DNA of 64,000 nucleotides. It comes from Candidatus Delongbacteria bacterium. GTDB lineage: Bacteria > CAIWAD01. This document shows positions 9,555 to 17,327 of the stretch, piece after piece. Below the pieces are notes generated by a model. The model saw only the letters and a list, made by a program, of their open reading frames with translations, searched no databases and had not been told where the DNA came from. Position numbers and translations under genes: made by a program. Positions within the stretch are counted from its first letter, which is position 1. Each line of letters starts with the position of its first letter. The DNA is taken from contig OY760505.1 of the NCBI GenBank assembly GCA_963663545.1, positions 3,296,001 to 3,360,000 of the forward strand, in the 5' to 3' direction.

Positions 9555-9767
9555 GGTCTCCTCCTGAGTGGGTGATTGTGACTACCCGAAGTATCGGGTC
9601 ACTCGTGAAAGGAGGGGGCCTCTATGAAGATCAAACACTTGCTAATGTCCCACGGCGTGTCGACAGTTGCGTAGCAACTGTAACGACACGCTTCACGGGC
9701 ATTAGGAGTTCAACCGTTAGGCACATGTAGCCTCTATACATGACTCTGATGCTGATTGAGGTGGAAC

Positions 9768-10847
9768 ATGTTGAACACATTACTAGACCAGATTATCAGT
9801 CTTCTTCTATCTGCAGGCAGCATTGCTACAACAAAAGATACTAGGAGCTTTGAACACGCTCTTTATGAGATTTCCAACAGTATAAGAGAGCTTGCAGACT
9901 CGATTAATGGACTATCGGGATCAATTATTGCTACTGTTCAAGATGAGCATGAACTTCGCCACTATGGACATCTTAAGACTGCAGTTAGGTCACTGGCTGC
10001 TGCGAGATATGATGCTGTTACTCTAAATGATGCAAGGATTGAACTCGATAGCGCAAGAAAACTTTGTGTGACAGGAGAGTATTGGCTCATTTTCGCAGAG
10101 TATGAGAGGCTATCGGGTAGAGTATCTCATGATACTTTACGCCATGCTTTTGCGTATAGCCGGAGTAATCGTTGTCTTAAGAGAATATGGCTATTAGTCA
10201 TCGATTTGTATTTGTTTAGGATATCAGAAGCCATACAGGACCCTTTGATCCAAGAGATCTTTCCACGATTGGTCGTCGGGCTAGATGAAGTACTCAAATC
10301 GAGTGAGAGTCGGAATAGTTTTGCAGTCCCAATTCTTGAACGTGCGATCCTTAATGAGGAAAATCTGGAGATGTTACGTGTATTCACTCAAAAACCCTAT
10401 GAGGACGCCATCGAAGAATCGAAGTGTATTCTATTATCTACAAAGGATATTCCACAATCAATTGAAGAACTTGAGTTGCCAATTATGTGTGTATCTACAC
10501 CTGTAATTGCTGACAATGAAGTTAATGATCGAGGTCGGGAATTGATCAGTGTGACTCAAGACTTGGAGAGATTGATTGCGAGAAAGACTGAAATATCACA
10601 CTCGATGTCAAAATACTCGTATGGATTTGTATTTCTTTTTTTAGTGATTGCGCTTATACTTTTTGCTTTCGGATTCTGGTTTACTACATGTTTTGTGTGG
10701 AGCTTTATATTCGGAGGTGTTGCGATCATCAGATTTGCGTACGATTTGTTTAAGCGCTTGATATATCGAAAACACATTGTAGAACTGAGAAATCATCAGA
10801 GATTTCTTGAAGAGGAGTGGCAGCTAGCAGTTTCTGAACTCAATTGA
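9768..10847 (+). CDS. Hypothetical protein with C-terminal double transmembrane segment, integron cassette 2
   Basis: AT-rich ORF between GTTAGGC (9716) and GCCTAAC (10868-10874); hydrophobic YGFVFLFLVIALILFAFGFWF...; no family recognised. Confidence 0.75.
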   Translation: MLNTLLDQIISLLLSAGSIATTKDTRSFEHALYEISNSIRELADSINGLSGSIIATVQDEHELRHYGHLKTAVRSLAAARYDAVTLNDARIELDSARKLCVTGEYWLIFAEYERLSGRVSHDTLRHAFAYSRSNRCLKRIWLLVIDLYLFRISEAIQDPLIQEIFPRLVVGLDEVLKSSESRNSFAVPILERAILNEENLEMLRVFTQKPYEDAIEESKCILLSTKDIPQSIEELELPIMCVSTPVIADNEVNDRGRELISVTQDLERLIARKTEISHSMSKYSYGFVFLFLVIALILFAFGFWFTTCFVWSFIFGGVAIIRFAYDLFKRLIYRKHIVELRNHQRFLEEEWQLAVSELN

Positions 10848-10867
10848 TCCATGAGTTCAATAATTGC

Positions 10868-10890
10868 GCCTAACACTTATTATACCCCCA
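10868..10890 (+). other. Truncated attC of cassette 2 (R'' box) followed by an IS1111-like end
   Basis: GCCTAAC complements the cassette start GTTAGGC; followed by ACTTAT....CCCCC as at 9101. Confidence 0.6.
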
Positions 10891-11016
10891 CAGCCAATCG
10901 CGCAGAGGTGTTTCTTCTGGTATTCGGCTCATTCACCGACCGACTCCTGGTTGAACCCTCGCCTTGCGATATCGCCCACAAAGCAAAAAAACACAAGTGC
11001 TTGAAAGGAAAAAATC

Positions 11017-11472
11017 ATGAGAGGGTTCAAAGCGATTCAATGCATGGTAATGCTGACCCTTGCCTTTCTGCTTGCGGGATGCGCGACCGTTCAAATGGCG
11101 CCGGATAGCGCTGACCTTGAGGCAAAGCGATTTGAGAAGTCGGAGGAGATGTCCAGGATTTACCTGTACAGGGGGTGGTTCGCTACCGCAATCGTCTTTC
11201 ATTTGACCCTCGACGGTGAACTGATTGGCAACATTGCCCCGAACACCTACCACATGATCGAAGTCGAGCCTGGGCACCATCTGATTTCGGTGAGCTCCAA
11301 CGAGAACATCGACTACATCGAAATCGATACCGCCAAAGGCGAAAACCTGTACGTCAAGGTCAGCGCAGCCATGGGCATGATGTCCGCCAGAGCACAGCTG
11401 ACCATCGAATCCGAAGCCATGGCCAAGTCGGCCATCAGCGGCTACAAGCGCGCGCAAAGCATGCTTCAGTGA
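11017..11472 (+). CDS. DUF2846-like lipoprotein
   Basis: Lipobox LLAGC; SRIYLYR, LDGELIG, VEPGHHLIS. Confidence 0.75.
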   Translation: MRGFKAIQCMVMLTLAFLLAGCATVQMAPDSADLEAKRFEKSEEMSRIYLYRGWFATAIVFHLTLDGELIGNIAPNTYHMIEVEPGHHLISVSSNENIDYIEIDTAKGENLYVKVSAAMGMMSARAQLTIESEAMAKSAISGYKRAQSMLQ

Positions 11473-11791
11473 TGTTCTGGATGCGAGGGCCTGTTGCCGC
11501 GTTGCCACGTTCTGCACTTCAACGCATGGCAGCAGGCCCTTACTGAACCTGCCCGCACTTCGCGATAGTGCACGAATACCGATGATGATCAATAAGATCC
11601 AGACAAGATGTCTCTCTTTAGACATATGACGAATCCGCATTTCCATCCCTAGAGAAGAAGCCGCCAGCCTCCTCGTCACAGCAATTGCCCACCCTCACCC
11701 TTGTCGCAGCAACGATGCAGCAACAACCCACCCTTGCGGCAGCCTCGTCGCAGTGCCAAAGCTCCATCTGAATCGGCGGGAGCGCGAGAAA

Positions 11792-11809
11792 GTGTCAAAA
11801 ATTTGACAA
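11792..11809. promoter_or_regulatory. Putative Rex operator GTGTCAAAAATTTGACAA
   Basis: 18-bp palindrome resembling TTGTGAA-N4-TTCACAA, just upstream of the rex promoter. Confidence 0.6.
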
Positions 11810-11815
11810 GCCCCC

Positions 11816-11844
11816 TTGACTCTCAGGAGGCGAAACGATAGAAT
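11816..11844 (+). promoter_or_regulatory. Sigma70-type promoter of the rex-hyd operon
   Basis: TTGACT-17 nt-TAGAAT. Confidence 0.7.
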
Positions 11845-11904
11845 TCAATCGATACGAAAATAACGATAACTGGATATCGAATGCGAATCAAGGAGGCCTT
11901 TCTG

Positions 11905-12543
11905 ATGGACGATAAGCTGGTCAAGTATTCCGCGCCGGTCCTCAGACGGCTGCCCATGTACCACCACTTCCTGCAGCAGCTCAAGCACCAAGGGCTCACT
12001 ACCATCTCGGCTGCGGTTCTCGCCAAGCATTTCAACCTGGACGGCATCATCGTGCGCAAAGACTTGGCGCTCACCGGCTCGGTGGGCAAGCCGCGCGTGG
12101 GCTTCGAAATCGCCGGACTCATCAAAACCATCGAAGAATACCTGGGCTGGAACAAACTCAATCGCGGAGTGCTGGTGGGCTGCGGAAACCTGGGCAAAGC
12201 GCTTCTGGGCTACGAGGGATTCTCGCAGAACGGCTTCAACATTGACGCCGTCTTCGACAGCGATCCGCTGCTGGTGGGCACCCAGGTGCACGGCAAGGAG
12301 GTGCTGCCGCTGTCCAAGTTGCCCAACCTCTGCCTGCGCATGCACACCGAAATCGGCATTCTCACCGTGCCTTCCAGCCAGGCCCAGTCAGTGGCCGAGC
12401 TGATGGTGGAGGGCGGCATCAAGGGCATCTGGAACTTCTCGCCTTCGGGCCTCAATGTGCCGCGGGGCATTGCCGTGCTGCAGCAAAGTCTTGCGGGATC
12501 GCTGGCCGTGCTTGTGAAGCAGGTGGAAGACATTAAAAAATAA
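11905..12543 (+). CDS. rex: Redox-sensing transcriptional repressor Rex
   Basis: RRLPMY, VRKDLA..G..GKPRVGF, LVGCGNLGKAL, GIKGIWNF; AAGGAGG RBS. Confidence 0.93.
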   Translation: MDDKLVKYSAPVLRRLPMYHHFLQQLKHQGLTTISAAVLAKHFNLDGIIVRKDLALTGSVGKPRVGFEIAGLIKTIEEYLGWNKLNRGVLVGCGNLGKALLGYEGFSQNGFNIDAVFDSDPLLVGTQVHGKEVLPLSKLPNLCLRMHTEIGILTVPSSQAQSVAELMVEGGIKGIWNFSPSGLNVPRGIAVLQQSLAGSLAVLVKQVEDIKK

Positions 12544-12561
12544 CCTCTTTCAGGAGTCGAT

Positions 12562-13071
12562 ATGTGTCACTGCCACAATAAACAGACGCAGGAATTGCGC
12601 AAGTTCGAGAAGGTGCTCCAGATCCTCGAGAAGTACGAGCACCAGGACTCTAAGCTGATTCCCATTCTGCAGGAAGTGCAGCACGAGTACCGCTACCTAC
12701 CCGAAGAAGTGCTGGCCTTCATCGCCACCGGGCTCAAGCTCAGTCCCGCGCGCGTCTACGGCGTGGCCACCTTCTATTCGCACTTTGCGCTGACGCCCAA
12801 GGGCAAGTACGTCATTCGCTTGTGCGACGGCACCGCCTGCCACGTCAAGGATTCCCTCGAGATTCACGAGGCGCTGCAGAAGCACCTGGGACTGGAGGAA
12901 GGCAAGGAGACGACCCCCGACCTGCTCTTCACTCTGGAGCTCGTTTCCTGCCTGGGCGCCTGCGGCCTGGCGCCGGTGATGGTGATCAACGAGGACGTCT
13001 ACGGACAGGTGACGCCGCAACGGGCCGTGGAATTGGTGAACGAGATTCGCAGCCGCGAGGAGGGCAACTAG
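12562..13071 (+). CDS. hydC: NuoE-like [2Fe-2S] subunit (HydC) of a bifurcating hydrogenase
   Basis: VYGVATFY, CDGTAC, CLGACGLAP. Confidence 0.9.
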   Translation: MCHCHNKQTQELRKFEKVLQILEKYEHQDSKLIPILQEVQHEYRYLPEEVLAFIATGLKLSPARVYGVATFYSHFALTPKGKYVIRLCDGTACHVKDSLEIHEALQKHLGLEEGKETTPDLLFTLELVSCLGACGLAPVMVINEDVYGQVTPQRAVELVNEIRSREEGN

Positions 13072-13072
13072 C

Positions 13073-14962
13073 ATGAAAACGACCGACCTGAACCAGCTCG
13101 CAGCTTCGTATGAAAACAAGAGCGGGCGCGTTTCCCGCCGGGTGGTAATTTGCGCGGGCACCGGTTGCGTGGCCAGCGGCGCGTTGGTGATCCATCAGCA
13201 GCTGCAGGATCTGCTCAAGAAGGAAGGTCTTCCGGTGGCCGTCGATCTGCGCAAGGAAGAGCCGGAAGAGGGCGCCGTGCACGTTTCCGGCAGCGGCTGT
13301 CAGGGCTTCTGCCAAATGGGACCGCTGCTGAGCATCGAGCCCGACGGCATCCTTTACGTCAAGGTAAAGCCCGAGGACGTGGCGGAAATCGTCGAGCGAA
13401 CTCTGAAGCAGGGCGAGCTGATCGAGCGACTGCTCTACGTCGATCAGGCCAGCCACCGCCAGTGCAAGGGCAAAAGGGAGATTCCCTTCTACGCCCGCCA
13501 GGAGCGCCACACCCTGAAGAATTGCGGCATGGTGGACCCCGGCGACATTGCCGAATACGTCCACACGCGCGGCTACTTCGCGGCGCAAAAGGCGATTCTG
13601 GAGATGCAGCCAGCGGAAGTCTGCGCCGAGCTGAAGGAATCGGGGTTGCGCGGACGCGGCGGCGGCGGCTTCCTCACCGGTCGCAAGCTGGAGATGGCGC
13701 TGGCCCAGCCGGGCGGCAAGAAATACATCATCTGTAACGGCGACGAGGGCGACCCGGGTGCGTTCATGGATCGCAGTGTAATGGAGGGCAACCCCCACAG
13801 CGTCATCGAGGGCATGATGATCGCCGGTCGTGCCGTGGGCGCCGACGAGGGCTATGTCTACGTGCGTACCGAATACCCACTGGCGGTGGAGCGCATGAAG
13901 TACGCGGTGCGCGAGGCCGAGGCCGAGGGCATTCTGGGCGACGGCATCTTCGGCAGCAATTTCTCCTTCCGCATTCACGTGATGGAGGGCGCGGGCGCCT
14001 TTGTCTGCGGCGAAGAGACCGCGCTGATGAGCTCCATTCAGGGGCGGCGCGGCATGCCCAATCCCAAACCGCCTTTCCCGGCGCAGAGCGGTCTGTGGGA
14101 GAAGCCGACGGTGATCAACAACGTGGAGACCCTTTCCACCATTCCGCTGATTCTGCTGCAGGGCGCGGCCGAGTTCCGCAAACTGGGCACGGCGGGTTCG
14201 CCCGGCACGAAGACCTTCGCGCTTACCGGCCACGTGGCCAATACGGGACTGATCGAGGTTCCCTTTGGCACGACGCTGCGCGAGATCGTCTTCAACATCG
14301 GCGGCGGAGTCACCGGCAAGGGGGGCGAAGTGGACGAGCGTCACTTCAAGGCCGTGCAGATCGGCGGTCCTTCGGGCGGCTGCCTGACCCGCGATCATCT
14401 GGACATTCCCATGGATTTCGATTCGCTGCAGAGCATCGGCGCCATGGTGGGCTCCGGCGGTCTGGTGGTGATGAATCAGGATACCTGCATCCTGCAGGTA
14501 GCGCGCTTCTTCATGCAATTTGCGCAGAACGAATCCTGCGGCAAGTGCGTGCCCTGTCGCGAAGGCACGCGCCAGATGCTGGCCATGCTGGACGAGATCA
14601 TCGAGGGGCGTGGCAGCGACGAACTGCTCCACGATCTGGAGGAGCTGGCCCGTGCGGTCTGCAAGAGCTCGCTCTGCGGCCTGGGCAAGACGGCGCCTAA
14701 TCCGGTGCTGTCCACGCTGACCTACTTCCGCGACGAAGTCATGGCACACGTACACGACCAGAAGTGCCCAGCGGGCAAGTGCGCGGCGCTGCGGACGCTG
14801 ACGATTGATCCAGTGAAGTGTCGCGGCTGCACCCTTTGCGTGCGCAAGTGTCCGGTGGACGCCATCAGCGGCGAGCGCAAACAGCCGCACGTGATCGATA
14901 CCAGCCTGTGCATCAAGTGCGGCGCCTGCATCGAAGCCTGCAAGTTCAACGCGATCGCCTAG
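13073..14962 (+). CDS. hydB: NuoF-like FMN/NADH-binding subunit (HydB)
   Basis: SGLRGRGGGGF, CNGDEGDPGAFMDR, GAFVCGEETAL, ESCGKCVPCREG, C-terminal 2x[4Fe-4S]. Confidence 0.92.
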   Translation: MKTTDLNQLAASYENKSGRVSRRVVICAGTGCVASGALVIHQQLQDLLKKEGLPVAVDLRKEEPEEGAVHVSGSGCQGFCQMGPLLSIEPDGILYVKVKPEDVAEIVERTLKQGELIERLLYVDQASHRQCKGKREIPFYARQERHTLKNCGMVDPGDIAEYVHTRGYFAAQKAILEMQPAEVCAELKESGLRGRGGGGFLTGRKLEMALAQPGGKKYIICNGDEGDPGAFMDRSVMEGNPHSVIEGMMIAGRAVGADEGYVYVRTEYPLAVERMKYAVREAEAEGILGDGIFGSNFSFRIHVMEGAGAFVCGEETALMSSIQGRRGMPNPKPPFPAQSGLWEKPTVINNVETLSTIPLILLQGAAEFRKLGTAGSPGTKTFALTGHVANTGLIEVPFGTTLREIVFNIGGGVTGKGGEVDERHFKAVQIGGPSGGCLTRDHLDIPMDFDSLQSIGAMVGSGGLVVMNQDTCILQVARFFMQFAQNESCGKCVPCREGTRQMLAMLDEIIEGRGSDELLHDLEELARAVCKSSLCGLGKTAPNPVLSTLTYFRDEVMAHVHDQKCPAGKCAALRTLTIDPVKCRGCTLCVRKCPVDAISGERKQPHVIDTSLCIKCGACIEACKFNAIA

Positions 14963-14975
14963 AGGAGAAAGCCTC

Positions 14976-17000
14976 ATGAGCAACATCAATTCCAATAGCG
15001 CCCACGAGAAGACGATGATCCTCGACGGCCGCAAAGTGCGCTTCAACGACGAGCGCAACGTGCTGGAAGTGGCGCGCAAGAGCGGCATCGACATTCCCAC
15101 CTTCTGCTACCATTCGGAGCTGAGCGTCTACGGCGCCTGCCGCCTCTGCCTGGTGGACATCGAAGGCCGAGGCATCGTGACGTCCTGTTCCACCAAGCCC
15201 GAGGAGGGCATGGTAGTGCGCACCAACACCGCCGAAATCCGCGACATCCGCCGCATCAACGTGGAGTTGTTGCTGGCCAGTCACGAGCGCGAGTGCACCA
15301 CCTGCGGCAAAAGCGGAGCCTGCTCGCTACAGAGCCTGGCCCGTAAAATGGGCATCGATCGCATTCGCTACCAGAGTACGCGGCGTGAGGCCCTGGTCGA
15401 TCGCTCCTCGCCCTGTCTGGTGCACGACCCCAACAAGTGCGTGCTCTGCGGCGACTGCGTGCGCTTTTGCGACGAGATTCAGGGCATCGGCGCCATCGAC
15501 TTCGCCTTCCGTGGAGCCAAGGCTCAGGTCGGACCGGCCTTCGGCAAGCTGCTGAACGAGGTCGAATGCGTGGGCTGCGGCCAGTGCGCGCGCGTGTGCC
15601 CCACCGGTGCCCTGGTGCCCAAGCCGGAGATCGCCGAAGTCTGGCAGAAGCTCGACGAGCCCGATCGCAAGGTAGTGGTGCAAATCGCCCCCGCCATTCG
15701 CGTGGCCCTGGGCGAGCACTTCGGCGTGGAGGCAAGCGCCATCACCACCGGACGCATCGTTACCGCGCTCAAAATGCTGGGCTTCGATCAGGTCTACGAC
15801 ACCAGCTTTACCGCCGACATGACGGTGCTGGAGGAAAGCAAGGAGTTCCTCAAACGCCACGCGGCGGGCGAGGAACTGCCGCTCTTCACTTCCTGCTGTC
15901 CGTCCTGGGTCAAGTTCGCCGAGCAGTACTTCCCCGAGCTGCTGGACAATGTCTCCAGCTGCCGCAGTCCGCAGCAGATGTTCGGCAGTCTGGCCAAGGT
16001 CATGCTGCCCGAGATGCTCAACGTCCCCGTCGACAAGCTGACGGTGGTTTCCATCATGCCCTGCACCGCCAAGAAGTTCGAGGCCAAGCGTCCGGAGTTC
16101 AGCACCGAGGAGCGTGGCGCCGATGTGGATCACGTCATCACCACCAACGAGCTGGCGCAGATGATCGAGCAGGCGGGCATCGATTTCCATCGTCTGGAGC
16201 AGAGCGCTTTTGATCTGCCGATGGGCTTCAAAACCGGCGCGGGTATGATCTTTGGTGCCTCCGGCGGTGTGACGCAGGCCGTGCTGCGGTTCGCTCTGGA
16301 TCAGGTCAACGGCCAGAAGGCGACTTCGGCCGACTTCGCCGACGCCCGTGAGCTCAGGGGCGTGCGCGAGCTGGAAGTGGAGCTGGGCGGCAAGCCGGTG
16401 CGCTTCGCCATCGTCTTTGGTCTGGCCAATGCGCGCAAGCTCTGCGAGCAGGTCCGGGCTGGCGAGTGCAAGTATGATTTTGTCGAAGTGATGGCCTGCC
16501 CCGGCGGCTGCATCAACGGAGCCGGACAGCCAGCGGCTTACGATTTCGAACTCATCAAGCGCCGCGGCCAGAGTTTGTATCAGGTGGACGATTCGCTGCA
16601 GCTGCACAAAGCGCAGGATAATCCCTACGTCCATCGTGCCTACGAGAAGGTGATGGACGAAATCGGCGGTCCGCGCGCCCACGAGCTTCTGCATACGCAT
16701 TACAAGAACCGCAAGCGCATTGCAGGCGGTGGCCTGAGTCTGCTGAGCGGCAGCGGCGAGGCGGTCAGCGTTGAAGTCTGCATGGGCACCAACTGCTACC
16801 TGAAGGGTTCGCACGACGTGCTGCGCGGTTTGATGAAGCACGCCGAGAGCCATGAACTGCAGGATCGCATTCAGGTGAAAACCGCCTTCTGCTTCGAACG
16901 CTGCGGCCAATCGCCCAACGTGATGATCGGCGGCAAGCTGGTCTCGGGGTGCACGCTGGAGAAGGCCGTGGCCGAGCTCGAAGAGGCGCTGAAGAAGTAA
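14976..17000 (+). CDS. hydA: [FeFe]-hydrogenase catalytic subunit (group A3-like) with C-terminal thioredoxin-like [2Fe-2S] domain
   Basis: H-cluster motifs FTSCCPSW, MPCTAKKFEA, EVMACPGGCING; N-terminal Fe-S motifs; CMGTNC...CFERC tail. Confidence 0.95.
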   Translation: MSNINSNSAHEKTMILDGRKVRFNDERNVLEVARKSGIDIPTFCYHSELSVYGACRLCLVDIEGRGIVTSCSTKPEEGMVVRTNTAEIRDIRRINVELLLASHERECTTCGKSGACSLQSLARKMGIDRIRYQSTRREALVDRSSPCLVHDPNKCVLCGDCVRFCDEIQGIGAIDFAFRGAKAQVGPAFGKLLNEVECVGCGQCARVCPTGALVPKPEIAEVWQKLDEPDRKVVVQIAPAIRVALGEHFGVEASAITTGRIVTALKMLGFDQVYDTSFTADMTVLEESKEFLKRHAAGEELPLFTSCCPSWVKFAEQYFPELLDNVSSCRSPQQMFGSLAKVMLPEMLNVPVDKLTVVSIMPCTAKKFEAKRPEFSTEERGADVDHVITTNELAQMIEQAGIDFHRLEQSAFDLPMGFKTGAGMIFGASGGVTQAVLRFALDQVNGQKATSADFADARELRGVRELEVELGGKPVRFAIVFGLANARKLCEQVRAGECKYDFVEVMACPGGCINGAGQPAAYDFELIKRRGQSLYQVDDSLQLHKAQDNPYVHRAYEKVMDEIGGPRAHELLHTHYKNRKRIAGGGLSLLSGSGEAVSVEVCMGTNCYLKGSHDVLRGLMKHAESHELQDRIQVKTAFCFERCGQSPNVMIGGKLVSGCTLEKAVAELEEALKK

Positions 17001-17066
17001 CCAAACTCCCTTTGCCGGAGGTCGTGCCCCTGTGCGGCCTCCGGTGATACAAAAGGCCGGTGGCAC

Positions 17067-17327
17067 ATGGATCAGCACCTGACCATCACACTTTGTCTGG
17101 GAAGCTCCTGCTTCACTCGCGGCAACAACAAAATCCTGGCCATTCTGCAGAAGCACATCGCCGAGCATGAGCTGGGAGAACGCGTTTTCCTGCGGGGACA
17201 ACTCTGCGAAGAGAAATGCCAACGCGGGCCGCGCATGAGCATCAACGACACGGTGTACGAGCACATCAATCCCGACACCGTGCTCGACATTCTGCACCAC
17301 CACCTGGAAGCGGAGGTCAAACCATGA
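17067..17327 (+). CDS. Thioredoxin-like [2Fe-2S] ferredoxin (HfsA-like)
   Basis: CLGSSCFTRGN...LCEEKCQRGP. Confidence 0.85.
   Translation: MDQHLTITLCLGSSCFTRGNNKILAILQKHIAEHELGERVFLRGQLCEEKCQRGPRMSINDTVYEHINPDTVLDILHHHLEAEVKP

Larger units (their letters stand above)
9101..9632 (-). mobile_element. Internally deleted IS1111 (IS110 family) element inserted in attC
   Basis: Sub-terminal IRs GAGGCCCCC (9107-9115) / GGGGGCCTC (9614-9622); outward TTGACA at 9118-9123 (minus); transposase fragment; insertion right after the attC CTAAC. Confidence 0.8.
9094..9722 (+). other. attC site of cassette 1, split by an insertion (9094-9100 + ~9633-9722)
   Basis: R'' AGCTAAC; L'' CTTGCTAA; imperfect stem CTAATG(T)CCC..CGTGTCG ACAGTTGC-GTA-GCAACTGT..CGACACG..GGGCATTAG; R' GTTAGGC at 9716-9722. 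Confidence 0.8.

Noticed and set aside
9398..9730. 110-aa plus-strand ORF
   Set aside because: Overlaps the antisense transposase stub and the attC; spurious
11660..11760. Short CTYGTCRCAG repeats
   Set aside because: Three short, degenerate, irregularly spaced copies; not distinguishable from chance
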